Below, in pieces: positions 1 through 12,256 of a stretch of 32,000 nucleotides of DNA. The stretch's first letter is position 1. Each line of letters opens with the position of its first letter. A program made the translations under genes and the position numbers. Source of the DNA: Fastidiosibacter lacustris (lineage in GTDB: Bacteria > Pseudomonadota > Gammaproteobacteria > Francisellales > Francisellaceae); the NCBI RefSeq assembly GCF_003428155.1, contig NZ_QLIR01000011.1:35396-67395 (forward strand). The letters run 5' to 3'. The notes under the pieces are model-generated. The model searched no databases. It saw nothing but the letters and a program-made list of their open reading frames with translations, and was not told the DNA's origin.

Positions 1-31
1 GTTATGCTTTGCCAACATTAACAATGTTTAA

Positions 32-1699
<1,668 letters not shown>

Positions 1700-1704
1700 G
1701 GTAA

Positions 1705-1723
1705 CAGGTTAAATAAAAACCTG
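1705..1723. terminator. Possible hairpin between convergent pyrG and YciI-like genes
   Basis: CAGGTT-aaataaa-AACCTG perfect 6 bp inverted repeat just after the pyrG stop, overlapping the end of the opposing ORF; no strong T tract. Confidence 0.35.
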
Positions 1724-1999
1724 ATAAGCTGTAGCATACTTAATTGGATCAAAGCTGTGATAGCTATAGCTAGCAACGTTTTCGATTACAAATGGATCTT
1801 GTTTTATGAGTTGTTTAATTTCATTTAAGTCCCCACTTGCTAAAATAACCCCTCCATTTTTGTCACTGTTTGGACCAGATGCGATAAATAGACCTGCCTC
1901 ATAACCTCGATCCAGAAATTTACGATGTTTTGGACGTATTTCATCAATAATATGGGTAGGTTGAGTGTAAGTAATTATAATAATATGAGTTTGTTTCAT
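1709..1999 (-). CDS. YciI family protein
   Basis: 96 aa ORF; RPKHRKFLDRGYEAGLFIASGP...GGVILASG...DPFVIENVASYSYHSF pattern is typical of YciI-like proteins. Confidence 0.8.
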   Translation of the reverse strand: MKQTHIIIITYTQPTHIIDEIRPKHRKFLDRGYEAGLFIASGPNSDKNGGVILASGDLNEIKQLIKQDPFVIENVASYSYHSFDPIKYATAYQVFI

Positions 2000-2245
2000 T
2001 TTGCTTGTGGGTTTATCGTCAAGGTTATATATTGTTGAGAATATACCTTAAGAAGCTGAAAAACCATGGATTTTCTCAGAATTCAATCATGCGAAAATGA
2101 ATGGATTTTATGGTAGTGTTTTTCAATAGATAGCATTACAGCGTTATCCGGTTTCTCAAGCCTATTTGTCCCTTGAGTTACCATATCGTTTAAATTGCAT
2201 ACATTTCTAGTTGCTAATGACTGTTAGGAATACGCTTCTAGTTTT

Positions 2246-5200
2246 TTAATTAACCCACTTGCGTGCATTCATAAACAAGCGCATCCATGGGGAGTATTCA
2301 AGGTCTTTATTGCGCCAATCAGCAGGATACCATGACATTTGGACGAGCCTAAATGCACGTTCAGGATGTGGCATCATAATCGTGACACGCCCATCTTGTG
2401 AGGTAAAACCTGTAAAACCACCTGCAGAACCATTGGGATTTAATGGATAATATTCAGTGGGATTGCTGTGGCTATCAATAAAACGTAAGGTTGTTTGTTT
2501 ATTGACTATCAACGAATTTAAATCATTTTGATGTTGATATTGAGTCCGTCCTTCTCCATGTGAGATGACGATTGGCATTTTTAAGCCTTGCATTTCTTGA
2601 AATATAATAGAAGGTGTTTCCAATACTTCAACCATCGAAAGCCGTGCTTCAAACTGCTCAGATAGGTTTCTAACAAACCTTGGCCAATGCTCGGCACCAG
2701 GGATAATATCTTTTAACTGCGATAGCATTTGACAGCCATTACACATCCCAACTGTGAATGTGTCGCTTCGATTAAAGAAATGTACAAACTGATCGTAGAG
2801 TTTATTATCAAATAGAATTGACTTTGCCCAACCACCACCAGCGCCTAATACATCTCCATAAGAAAAACCACCACAAGTAGCTAAGCCTTTGAATTTATTA
2901 AGGTCAAGTCGATTGTACTGTAAATCACTCATATGGACATCAATTGCATCAAAACCACTCAAAGTGAAAGCAGCAGCCATTTCATTGTGGCTGTTTATGC
3001 CTTGTTCGCGCAAAATCGCAATTTTAGGTTTGATATTTAAATTTAAATAAGGTGCAGCAATATTTTCTTTATGGCTAAAAGGTACTTGGGCAAATAGTCC
3101 ATGATCGGTTAGACCCTTAATGAGTGTGTGTTCTTGATCGGCACATTGAGCATTGTCACGCATACGCTGAATTTGGTATGAAGTTTGTGACCACAGTGCT
3201 TGTAGTTCTGCTCTTGTAGCGCAGAAAATTTCGTCAATATCGTTGTAGATAATAAATTTCGCATCCTCAACTGAAGCATTTGGTTTACCAATTCGATGTG
3301 CTTTTAATTGGAAGCTTGTTAAAAGCTGCATAACGATATCGTGATCAATGTTGCGCGTTTGAATAACTGCACCAAGTTCTTCATTGAATAAAGCCGCATG
3401 TACATCCTCGCCCAAAGCTTCAATATCAATATCAAGTCCACACTTAGCAGCAAACATCATTTCGCAGAGGGTCACAAATAACCCACCATCAGAACGATCG
3501 TGATAAGCAAGAATTTTATCGTCTTTAACAAGCTTATGAATAGCAGCAAAGAAGTTTTGCAAGTGTTTAGGTTCAATGTCAGGTGTTTGTTGTCCAAGTT
3601 CGTTGTAAACTTGTGCAAATGCGGAGCCACCTAAGCGATTTTTACCAATACCTAAGTCGATAAAAATTAAATCAGATTCAAAGGCTAAGCGCAATTGTGG
3701 TGTTAATGTGCGGCGAATATCTTGTACGGGCGCAAAGGCTGTTGCAATTAATGATACAGGAGAGACCACTATTTTATCACCCTCTTCATCCTGCCACTTG
3801 GTTTGCATCGAAAGTGAATCTTTACCAACAGGAATAGTTAAGTCTAGCTGTGGACAAAATTCCATGCCGATGGTTTTAACCATCTCATATAACCTAGCAT
3901 CTTCACCTTTATGTCCACATGCTGCCATCCAATTTGCAGAAAGCTTAACGTCAGAGAGATGATAGATGTATGCTGCTGCAATGTTTGTAATTGCTTCACC
4001 AATTGTCATTCTGGCAGCGGCAGCTGGGTTCATCATCGCAAGTATGGGGCGCTCTCCCATTGCCATAGCCTCACCGTGATAATCAGTAAAACTGGCAGCT
4101 GTAACAGCAACGTCAGCAACAGGTACCTGCCAAGGTCCCACCATTTGATCGCGCTGAGTCATGCCACCAACAGTTCTATCGCCTATAGTGATTAAGAATT
4201 TCTTACTACCAACAGCAGGTAGGCGTAAAATGCGTTTAACTGCTTCATGCAAATTAATGCTAGAATAATCCCAGTTTGTTTTGTAATTTGGAGTTGAGCA
4301 CACATTTTTAAGAGTTTTAGGTGGTTTACCTAATAAAACAGACAGTGGCATATGGATGGGGTCAACAGCAGAAGCGCTGTCTTTTAAAATTAAGATTTGT
4401 TCTTCTATTGCTTCACCAACGATGGTATAAGGACAGCGTTCACGTTTAGCAATTTTGTCAAATAAGCTTAAATCTTTCCTTTCAATGGATAATACATATC
4501 GCTCTTGTGATTCATTGCACCATATTTCAAGTGGAGATAAGCCCTTTTCAGCAACAGTAATTTTATCTAACTCAAACACTGCACCTCGTGCGCAATCTGC
4601 AACCAACTCAGGTAAAGCATTAGAAAGTCCACCAGCACCAACATCATGAATACTGATAATAGGATTATCTATACCCATTGACCAGCAGCTATCAATAACT
4701 TCTTGCACGCGACGTTCCATCTCAGCATTATCACGCTGCACAGAAGCAAAGTCTAATGCCTCATTCGAATGACCTGCATTAACAGAGGAGGCAGCTCCTC
4801 CCCCTAAACCAATCAGCATTCCAGGTCCTCCTAAGACAATGATTTTAGCACCAACTGGAATTTTGCGTTTTTCGATATGTTCCTCTTTGATGTTACCATA
4901 GCCGCCTGCGATCATGATTGGCTTGTGATAACCCCACACATCTCCATTAAAGGATTGCTCAAAGGTGCGAAAATAACCACATAGATTAGGGCGCCCAAAT
5001 TCGTTATTAAATGCAGCTCCACCTAATGGTGCTTCTATCATAATATCTAATGCTGAAGAAATATGTTTAGGTTTGCCGTAAGATTTTTCCCACGGTTGAA
5101 TATCGTTTGGTAACAGAAGATTGGACACGGTGTAACCGGTTAAACCAGCTTTGGGTTTAGCACCACGACCTGTTGCACCTTCGTCACGTATTTCACCTCC

Positions 5201-6133
5201 TGCACCTGTTGCTGCTCCTGGATAAGGTGCAATTGCCGTTGGGTGATTGTGAGTTTCAACTTTTATCTGAATATGGATAGGCTCTCGCTTAAAGTGATAT
5301 AAACCATTTTGATCTTTTTGCAGACGTTCAGCTGCGTACCCGGCAATTACTGCGGCATTATCATGATAAGCGGATAAAATATTTTCTTTGTGGTGATCAT
5401 AAGTATTTTTTATCATCGAAAATAAACCATTTGGTTTTGCTTGACCATCGATGATCCAATCTGCTTTAAAGATCTTATGTCGACAATGCTCAGAGTTAGC
5501 TTGAGCAAACATCATAAGCTCAACATCGGTTGGATTACGACCCAAATTTTCAAAGGCATGAGCTAAATAATTTATCTCGTCTTCCGAGAGTGCTAAACCA
5601 AGTCTATTATTAGTGTCATTTAATGCATTTTTACCGTGTTCTAGAAGAGGGATGATTTTGAGTATCCCTTGACCATGTGTGTTAGCAAATGGATTAATAG
5701 TATTGATGTCAAAACTAAAACTTTGCGTCATCCGATCATGTAATACAGAAGCCATTTTGTTTAAGTTTTCTTTACTTAATATAACATTGGTTTGAAGGTA
5801 ATATACAGTTCCACGTTCGACTCGTTTAAGATCAGTAAAGCCACAGTTATGGAGTATATCTGTTGCTTTGGATGACCAGGGGGAAATTGTTCCTATGCGT
5901 GGAAGGACGATCAATGAAGTCCCAGATTTATCGTTAAGCTTACCTTTATCACCATAGTCTAAAAGTGCTTCAAGTTTCTTTTGCTGTGTATCACTTAAAG
6001 TATTGGCATAATCAATAAAATGAAGATATTCAGCTTGAATATTGGTGATATTAGGTTCAATCGATTGTAATTTCTTAAGCAGTTTTTGTTGGTCAAAAGA
6101 GGATAAGGCATCGTTACCAAACATTTGTAACAT
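2246..6133 (-). CDS. purL: Phosphoribosylformylglycinamidine synthase (single-chain type)
   Basis: 1295 aa ORF; [52 protein letters not shown]-terminal glutaminase GMCNGCQ and PHPERAFR. Confidence 0.97.
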   Translation of the reverse strand: MLQMFGNDALSSFDQQKLLKKLQSIEPNITNIQAEYLHFIDYANTLSDTQQKKLEALLDYGDKGKLNDKSGTSLIVLPRIGTISPWSSKATDILHNCGFTDLKRVERGTVYYLQTNVILSKENLNKMASVLHDRMTQSFSFDINTINPFANTHGQGILKIIPLLEHGKNALNDTNNRLGLALSEDEINYLAHAFENLGRNPTDVELMMFAQANSEHCRHKIFKADWIIDGQAKPNGLFSMIKNTYDHHKENILSAYHDNAAVIAGYAAERLQKDQNGLYHFKREPIHIQIKVETHNHPTAIAPYPGAATGAGGEIRDEGATGRGAKPKAGLTGYTVSNLLLPNDIQPWEKSYGKPKHISSALDIMIEAPLGGAAFNNEFGRPNLCGYFRTFEQSFNGDVWGYHKPIMIAGGYGNIKEEHIEKRKIPVGAKIIVLGGPGMLIGLGGGAASSVNAGHSNEALDFASVQRDNAEMERRVQEVIDSCWSMGIDNPIISIHDVGAGGLSNALPELVADCARGAVFELDKITVAEKGLSPLEIWCNESQERYVLSIERKDLSLFDKIAKRERCPYTIVGEAIEEQILILKDSASAVDPIHMPLSVLLGKPPKTLKNVCSTPNYKTNWDYSSINLHEAVKRILRLPAVGSKKFLITIGDRTVGGMTQRDQMVGPWQVPVADVAVTAASFTDYHGEAMAMGERPILAMMNPAAAARMTIGEAITNIAAAYIYHLSDVKLSANWMAACGHKGEDARLYEMVKTIGMEFCPQLDLTIPVGKDSLSMQTKWQDEEGDKIVVSPVSLIATAFAPVQDIRRTLTPQLRLAFESDLIFIDLGIGKNRLGGSAFAQVYNELGQQTPDIEPKHLQNFFAAIHKLVKDDKILAYHDRSDGGLFVTLCEMMFAAKCGLDIDIEALGEDVHAALFNEELGAVIQTRNIDHDIVMQLLTSFQLKAHRIGKPNASVEDAKFIIYNDIDEIFCATRAELQALWSQTSYQIQRMRDNAQCADQEHTLIKGLTDHGLFAQVPFSHKENIAAPYLNLNIKPKIAILREQGINSHNEMAAAFTLSGFDAIDVHMSDLQYNRLDLNKFKGLATCGGFSYGDVLGAGGGWAKSILFDNKLYDQFVHFFNRSDTFTVGMCNGCQMLSQLKDIIPGAEHWPRFVRNLSEQFEARLSMVEVLETPSIIFQEMQGLKMPIVISHGEGRTQYQHQNDLNSLIVNKQTTLRFIDSHSNPTEYYPLNPNGSAGGFTGFTSQDGRVTIMMPHPERAFRLVQMSWYPADWRNKDLEYSPWMRLFMNARKWVN

Positions 6134-6239
6134 CTTTGTACTCGTGGATGAAAGCTTAGCATGTCCTTATTTTGATAGATTTACCCCCAATTATAAAGTG
6201 CTAAATGCGATTATTTTTTCTTGTGATTAGAAGCTTTTG

Positions 6240-8126
6240 TTATTGTCCTTCAAACTCAGAAAGCATTTCCCAGAGCTGGTATTTTTCATTTAGCAAGGTT
6301 GTTTTTTCTTCTAGTATCTGCTGGGTTTGTTGAATGTTGACTTTATCTTGTTGGTAAAATTGGGGTTCAGACATTTGTTGTTGCAAAGATTGAATTTCAG
6401 ACTCAAGTTTTTCAATTTCATCAGGTAAGGCAGCAAGTTGTTTTGTTTGTGCATAAGAGAGCTTTTTTGGGGGATTCGCTTTATCTTTTATTGGCTGGAC
6501 TGACTTTGGTTTTGATTTTTCAAGAACTTCAGATGCAAATTGTTTTTGACGCAGCCAGTCGTCATAACCACCGATGTATTCTTCCAACTTTCCATTGCCT
6601 TGAAACACGATTGTGCTAGTAGCTATATTGTTAATAAAGCTTCGATCATGGCTAACGATAAGCACAGTACCGGTATAGTCAAGAATCAAACTTTCTAATA
6701 CTTCTAAAGTTTCAACGTCTAGGTCATTAGTTGGTTCATCAAGTACCAAAATATTACTGGGTTTGGCAAAGAGTTTAGCAAGTAATAGGCGGTTACGTTC
6801 TCCTCCTGAAAGTGAGGAAGCGGGGCTTTGCATGCGTTTTGGGTCAAATAAAAAGTTTTGAAGATAGCCTATAACGTGTACTTTTTGATTATTGATATCA
6901 AGATAATCACTACCTTCCGTTACATTATCAACTAACGATAAGTTGGGATTAATTTGATTTCGAAGCTGGTCAAAATAAGCAATTTGTAGGTTTTCACCGT
7001 GAATAATATTGCCAAAAGAGGGAGGGCGCTTTTTAAGCAAAACCTGTAGCAATGTACTTTTACCACAACCATTCGCACCAAGGATTGCAATTTTATCTCC
7101 ACGTTGTATTTCACATGAGAAATGATTAAAGATTGAGTTGTTTTGATAACTAAAACCAAGGTTTTCAGCTCGAATAACAACTTTGCTGGATTTACTACCT
7201 TGGGATGCACTTAATGATACATTACCTTGTTGTTCTCGCCTTGCACTTCTTTGTTCACGCATGATTTTAAGCGCACGAACGCGCCCTTCGTTACGTGTGC
7301 GCCTGGCTTTAATGCCTTGACGAATCCAAGCTTCTTCTTGCTTAAGTTTTTTATCAAAATTGGTATTTTGCACATCTTCAGCGTGTAAATATGCTTCTTT
7401 TTGTTCTAAGAAGCGTTCATAATTTCCTGGAAAACTAAGAACTTTACCTCGATCAAGTTCCATAATATCAGTGGCAATATTTTGTAAAAAACTACGATCG
7501 TGAGTAATAAATAAAATACTACCTTTAAATTGCAATAAAAAACGTTCAAGGAACTCTATCGATTCGATATCAAGATGGTTAGTTGGCTCATCTAATAGTA
7601 ATAAGTCAGGTGATTTTACAAGCGCCTTAGCTAGTAAAACTCGACGCTTAAGACCTCCAGATAAATCATCAAACGGAGCTTCTTTATCTAGTGATAACTT
7701 AGAGAGCACTTTTTCCACTTCAGTTTGAGCTTCCCAACCATGTGCATCGTCAATTTGTTTTTGTAAGTCGCTTAGTTTAGATAGGTTATCAGGCAAGCTT
7801 AAATCAGTTTGCAGTTGATGTTGATAACTTGTTAATATTTGACCAAGTTCCCCGAAACCCGCTAAAACAACGTCAAAGACCGTGCCTTTAGTATTTTCTG
7901 GTACCTCTTGTTCAAGCCATGCAATTTTGGTGTTATTATGAACAATTCGTTCACCACTATCAGGTAAAATTTGACCTTGTAATACTTTAAAAAGGGAGGA
8001 TTTTCCTGTGCCATTTCGTCCAATTAAACAAATACGTTTATTGGACTCGATGTCTAAAGAAATATTATCAAGGAGTTTATGGTGACCAAAGGCAAGGTCG
8101 GCATTGCGTAAAGAGATAATAGCCAT
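6240..8126 (-). CDS. uup: ABC-F family ATPase, Uup-like
   Basis: 628 aa ORF; two Walker A motifs (GRNGTGKSS, GANGCGKST), two signature motifs (LSGGLKRR, LSGGERNR), no TM domain, charged C-terminal coiled coil. Confidence 0.9.
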   Translation of the reverse strand: MAIISLRNADLAFGHHKLLDNISLDIESNKRICLIGRNGTGKSSLFKVLQGQILPDSGERIVHNNTKIAWLEQEVPENTKGTVFDVVLAGFGELGQILTSYQHQLQTDLSLPDNLSKLSDLQKQIDDAHGWEAQTEVEKVLSKLSLDKEAPFDDLSGGLKRRVLLAKALVKSPDLLLLDEPTNHLDIESIEFLERFLLQFKGSILFITHDRSFLQNIATDIMELDRGKVLSFPGNYERFLEQKEAYLHAEDVQNTNFDKKLKQEEAWIRQGIKARRTRNEGRVRALKIMREQRSARREQQGNVSLSASQGSKSSKVVIRAENLGFSYQNNSIFNHFSCEIQRGDKIAILGANGCGKSTLLQVLLKKRPPSFGNIIHGENLQIAYFDQLRNQINPNLSLVDNVTEGSDYLDINNQKVHVIGYLQNFLFDPKRMQSPASSLSGGERNRLLLAKLFAKPSNILVLDEPTNDLDVETLEVLESLILDYTGTVLIVSHDRSFINNIATSTIVFQGNGKLEEYIGGYDDWLRQKQFASEVLEKSKPKSVQPIKDKANPPKKLSYAQTKQLAALPDEIEKLESEIQSLQQQMSEPQFYQQDKVNIQQTQQILEEKTTLLNEKYQLWEMLSEFEGQ

Positions 8127-8136
8127 AATGATAAGG

Positions 8137-8727
8137 TTAGATGATTTTATTTAATTCGGCTAAACTGCGTGAACCGAAGTCATGACCAATGCTGGCCCCT
8201 AAGCGTTTAGCAATAAAGCTGGCTGAAATGATTCCACGAATAACAGCGTTACCATGTTTATCATATTCTTGAATAAGCAAATGATCAATTTGCTGATCGT
8301 GCATTAAACGTGCAAGATGTCCAACACGTGCATCTTTTAATACATCGTATTCTAGAACAGGTAGCGCATTGATTTTGGTCATAAGCATTCCACTCGTCAT
8401 TTCTTTAAAGTGAACACCTTCTCGCTGTGCAACTTGTGTTCTATATACACCATGCAAGCGTTTTGCATTGATAAGACCAATGATTTGGTCATCATTATTA
8501 ACAACTAGTAAAGAATGTACTTCAACTTTTTGCATCTTTTGTAAGGCATCGTCAATTAAAGCTTTTACATGGATAGTGTATGGCTTTACGATATGAAAAT
8601 CAGAAAATACGTCTAAAGCTCGTGTTTCAAGCGATATCACATCCATGCTTTCAGGGTGATAATAAGGAATACTTTTTTGTACTGTGTGAGTAATAGTTTC
8701 CAGTAGTTTATAATCTTTAAATGGCAT
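8137..8727 (-). CDS. CBS domain-containing protein
   Basis: Tandem CBS-like repeats (VHSLLVVNNDDQIIGLINAKRL; IDHLLIQEYDKHGNAVIRGIISASFIAKRLG). Start placed at the internal ATG (MPFKDYK) rather than the track start at 8796. Confidence 0.75.
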   Translation of the reverse strand: MPFKDYKLLETITHTVQKSIPYYHPESMDVISLETRALDVFSDFHIVKPYTIHVKALIDDALQKMQKVEVHSLLVVNNDDQIIGLINAKRLHGVYRTQVAQREGVHFKEMTSGMLMTKINALPVLEYDVLKDARVGHLARLMHDQQIDHLLIQEYDKHGNAVIRGIISASFIAKRLGASIGHDFGSRSLAELNKII

Positions 8728-8922
8728 AAATACTCGTCCTTTAATCTTTAGTGATAAGTCGCACATAAGTCTAATCAGGATTGCGCTACATTGCAAACCT
8801 TGTGAGATGTAAAGTTAACATATGTCTATCAGCTTGCTTGTAAAAACTTTGTAGCGTCAACCAAAATAATAGCCAATTGCCGGCAACAGTATTTTAGTCT
8901 GTTTATTATCTGAGTTTTCTTA

Positions 8923-8949
8923 TGCTTGAAAATATGCTTAAATCAAGCA
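8923..8949. promoter_or_regulatory. Inverted repeat upstream of fumC
   Basis: TGCTTGA (8923-8929) and TCAAGCA (8943-8949), perfect 7 bp inverted repeat with 13 nt spacer, about 30 bp before the fumC ATG. Confidence 0.35.
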
Positions 8950-8979
8950 GCTGTTTGATTATAAATGGAGTTAAATAAC

Positions 8980-10359
8980 ATGGGAATACGTATAGAAACT
9001 GATAGTATAGGTGAGATTGAGGTCAATAGTAACAAGTATTGGGGTGCGCAAACAGAGCGCTCATTGATACATTTTTCAATTGGGAACGATTTAATTCCAC
9101 AGGAAGTCATCAAGGCGATGGCAATATTGAAAAAAGCATCTGCTTTAGCAAATTTTGAGTTAGGGCTTTTAAAAAAAAAATACAAGGATTTAATTGCTCA
9201 AGCAGCTGATGAAGTTATAGATGGCAAGCATGATGATCAATTCCCCTTACATGTGTGGATGACTGGCAGTGGCACACAATCAAATATGAATGTTAATGAA
9301 GTAATTTCAAATCGTGCTATTGAATTAGCAGGTGGGATATTAGGTAGTAAAGATCCTATTCACCCTAACGATCATGTCAACATGTCTCAATCATCAAACG
9401 ATACTTTCCCAACAGCTATGTATATTGCAACAGCAATCAGCGTAAAAAAGAAACTTGTTCCCGCTTTGCAAACGATATATACGGAAATGAATAGTAAAGT
9501 TAAAGAATGGGAAAAAATTGTAAAGATTGGGCGCACTCATATGCAAGATGCAGTGCCTTTAACGTTAGGGCAAGAGTTTTCAGGATATGCTGAGTTATTA
9601 AAGCAAGATATTAGCCGTTTAGAAGCAGCATTAACAGATGTTTATCAACTTGCAATTGGAGGGACAGCAGTTGGGACGGGATTAAATGCACCAAAAGAAT
9701 TTGCACAAAAAGCATGTAAGCATATTGCGAAAATTACGGGATTGCCTTTTATTTCTGCTGAAAATAAGTTCGCAGTACAAGGCTCACACGATGCTTTAGT
9801 AGCAATGATGGCACAAATTAAAGTGTTAGCAAATTCATTATTTAAAATAGCCAATGATATCCGACTGTTAAGCTGTGGACCTCGCGCTGGTTTCCATGAA
9901 CTTTTGTTGCCTGAAAATGAACCTGGTTCTTCTATTATGCCTGGCAAAGTTAACCCTACTCAATGTGAAGCGATGACGATGGCATGTGTGCAGGTTTTTG
10001 GTTATGATCTGGCAGTAACCATTGCAGGCAGTGCGGGTTACTTGGAAATGAACGTTTATAAGCCGCTCATTATCTATAATATTTTGCAATCTATAAATAT
10101 GTTATCGGATAGCTGCATTAATTTTACACGTTTTACGTTAGCGGGCACAAAACCTAATAAAAAGAAAATTGAAGAGTATTTACATAATTCGTTGATGCTT
10201 GTGACAGCATTAAGTCCCGTGATTGGGTATGATAAAGCATCAAAAATAGCGCATTATGCCGATAAACATAACCTATCCTTAAGTGAAGCAAATAAGGCTT
10301 TAGGTTTTTTGCCTGAAGATGAGTTTAATCAGGTGGTCGATCCTTATAAAATGGTTTAA
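8980..10359 (+). CDS. fumC: Fumarate hydratase, class II
   Basis: [48 protein letters not shown]. Start chosen at MGIRIETDS rather than the ORF-track start at 8965. Confidence 0.95.
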   Translation: MGIRIETDSIGEIEVNSNKYWGAQTERSLIHFSIGNDLIPQEVIKAMAILKKASALANFELGLLKKKYKDLIAQAADEVIDGKHDDQFPLHVWMTGSGTQSNMNVNEVISNRAIELAGGILGSKDPIHPNDHVNMSQSSNDTFPTAMYIATAISVKKKLVPALQTIYTEMNSKVKEWEKIVKIGRTHMQDAVPLTLGQEFSGYAELLKQDISRLEAALTDVYQLAIGGTAVGTGLNAPKEFAQKACKHIAKITGLPFISAENKFAVQGSHDALVAMMAQIKVLANSLFKIANDIRLLSCGPRAGFHELLLPENEPGSSIMPGKVNPTQCEAMTMACVQVFGYDLAVTIAGSAGYLEMNVYKPLIIYNILQSINMLSDSCINFTRFTLAGTKPNKKKIEEYLHNSLMLVTALSPVIGYDKASKIAHYADKHNLSLSEANKALGFLPEDEFNQVVDPYKMV

Positions 10360-10369
10360 CAATGGATGG

Positions 10370-10399
10370 TTCTAAGAGTTTGTCGCACAACCCTTAGAA
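10370..10399. terminator. Possible terminator hairpin between convergent fumC and dacB
   Basis: TTCTAAG (10370-10376) with CTTAGAA (10393-10399), inner TTGT/ACAA pairing around a CGC loop; no clear U tract. Confidence 0.35.
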
Positions 10400-11803
10400 G
10401 TTATCATAAAAGATTTTAATCACTTCGTTTTGGAAAATACGTGATTTCACACGTTGACTTTGGGTTAGGTTGTTAAGCATGATTGAAAAGCTAACCAGGT
10501 GATTTTTTTTGGTTAACAGATAACCTGATAGAGTAGACACCCCCGCAAGCGTACCAGTTTTAGCATGGACCTTGCCTTGGAGTTTCCCCACCATTCGATA
10601 AGCAAGTGAACCATCTTCACCTGAGCTAGGCAGTGCATTAAAAAACCGTTTACCAATTATGCTATTGTAAACTTTCGTGAGTAACTCCACCATAAAAATA
10701 GGGGTGACAATATCTAAGTGAGAAAGCCCTGAACCATCTTCCATGTGTAGCTCACCTATATTAACGCCATAGCTTTTTTGAATGATGGATTTGATTGCTT
10801 TGGTTGCACCTTCTGTTGTGCCACTGCCTAACAAGGTGTAACCAACTGTGCGTGCAAAGCTCTCAGCATATAGATTATCGGATTTTAGTAGCATGTGACT
10901 AATCATATCATCGATTGATGCGGAGGTTAGTTTAACAAGCATGGTGAGTGGAGTTTTTATTGGTAGATTACCAAAGGTCACATTTCCTGAATAATGGATG
11001 CCAACTTCACGCAAAAAATCTTTAATGGTGTGTTGCGTTTTAAGTGCTGGATTTGCAACTGCAAGGTTCAAATAAAACTCGGCTTTTTGTGGTAGACACC
11101 CAGATAGGTTAAGCACATTATGATTGGTCATTTGGATATCAAAGGTACAGTTTTTACGCTCACTTGGTGGAGCAAGTCTTGTTGTATTATTGATTGTAAT
11201 ATTACGGGTATTGGAAACCTCTTTAACAGTTGTTTTGTTGCCAGTTGTATTAATAAGCTTGATCACAAAGCAGTTTTTATTCACATTTAGACTTGAAGCA
11301 GGTGCTGCAAAACAGTAAGGAGTATCGCTTTTTGACCAGCCATTTGGAACGTAATCACCTGAGAAGTGATTGGCGATAATAACTGCATCGCCATTTATTT
11401 TTTGTATCCCACGTTGTTTGATCTGTGAGATAAGGTTGTAAAGTTCTGAACCTGTTAAGCTTGGATCACCTGTAAACTCAAGGTAAAGATTGCCATTTAA
11501 GGTACCATTGCTAAATTGTGACTTGTCATATAAGACCGAAGTTGTAAATTGGAAGTTTTTTGGCAAGGCTGTTAATGCAGCAATGACCGTGAAGATTTTA
11601 TTGTTACTTGCCGGAATAAACGGGAGATTTTCAGCGTATTTATAAAGCACTTGTCCAGAGCTCACACGTTGAGCAGCAATACCTATAGAGGCGTCGGATA
11701 AATGATATGTTTTAACCAAAGATTGAATTTCACTTTGTACAGAGCCCATCGTTAGCGTAACGTTGCCAATAGTAAAAAATAAAAATAATGTTAATTTTTT
11801 CAC
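10394..11803 (-). CDS. dacB: D-alanyl-D-alanine carboxypeptidase/endopeptidase (PBP4, S13 family)
   Basis: 469 aa ORF with signal peptide; SxxK as PASNNKIFT, SxN as SDNLYAES, KTG as HAKTGTLAGVSTLSGYL. Confidence 0.92.
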   Translation of the reverse strand: MKKLTLFLFFTIGNVTLTMGSVQSEIQSLVKTYHLSDASIGIAAQRVSSGQVLYKYAENLPFIPASNNKIFTVIAALTALPKNFQFTTSVLYDKSQFSNGTLNGNLYLEFTGDPSLTGSELYNLISQIKQRGIQKINGDAVIIANHFSGDYVPNGWSKSDTPYCFAAPASSLNVNKNCFVIKLINTTGNKTTVKEVSNTRNITINNTTRLAPPSERKNCTFDIQMTNHNVLNLSGCLPQKAEFYLNLAVANPALKTQHTIKDFLREVGIHYSGNVTFGNLPIKTPLTMLVKLTSASIDDMISHMLLKSDNLYAESFARTVGYTLLGSGTTEGATKAIKSIIQKSYGVNIGELHMEDGSGLSHLDIVTPIFMVELLTKVYNSIIGKRFFNALPSSGEDGSLAYRMVGKLQGKVHAKTGTLAGVSTLSGYLLTKKNHLVSFSIMLNNLTQSQRVKSRIFQNEVIKIFYDNF

Positions 11804-11893
11804 AATTATGGATCAGTTTAGACTATCGAATTTGCAGAATGTTGTTGATAATAGCAAGATTTTAAAAACCTTGTCACGTGTGATCTAGCGATT

Positions 11894-12256
11894 ATGTATA
11901 AACTTAAATTAAATGGTATAGCTTTAAATACTTATCTTGGTGTTTATGATTTTGAACAACAACAGATGCAAACCGTTCTAGTTGATGTAATTGTAGAGTT
12001 TAAAAATATTCCCAAAGCCTGCATAAGTGACGCACTTGAAGATACTTTTTGTTACGCGCAAATAAACGAAGTGTTAATGAGAACGGCCGCATCAAAACGT
12101 TATCAACTTATTGAGCATTTAGCGCAGTCTTTGCTAGATGCTTTGGTTTTACACCTTAATCATCCATTAAACGTCTATCTTGAGTTACATAAAACCCCAC
12201 CTCTAGAGAATGTAGTAAATGCAAGTTTTTGTGTGGAGTATATATGCCAAAAGTAG
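11894..12256 (+). CDS. folB: Dihydroneopterin aldolase
   Basis: 120 aa; LNGIALNTYLGVYDFEQQQMQTVLVDV..., C-terminal half VYLELHKTPPLENV; next to folKP. Confidence 0.88.
   Translation: MYKLKLNGIALNTYLGVYDFEQQQMQTVLVDVIVEFKNIPKACISDALEDTFCYAQINEVLMRTAASKRYQLIEHLAQSLLDALVLHLNHPLNVYLELHKTPPLENVVNASFCVEYICQK

Noticed and set aside
2000-2245. Gap between the YciI-like gene and purL as a hidden small gene
   Set aside because: A partial check of its reading frames showed only short frames broken by stops and no recognisable protein.
3708-4195. Plus-strand ORFs of 84 and 94 aa within purL
   Set aside because: Antisense shadow ORFs over conserved purL motifs, Cys/Ser-rich low-quality composition.
8965-8979. 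Track start of fumC (MELNNM...)
   Set aside because: The second Met at 8980 ([11 protein letters not shown]) fits the family N-terminus better; the upstream start lies next to the dyad elements.
9645-9947. 100 aa minus-strand ORF inside fumC (and 9868..10089)
   Set aside because: Fully antisense to strongly supported fumC; no recognisable family features.
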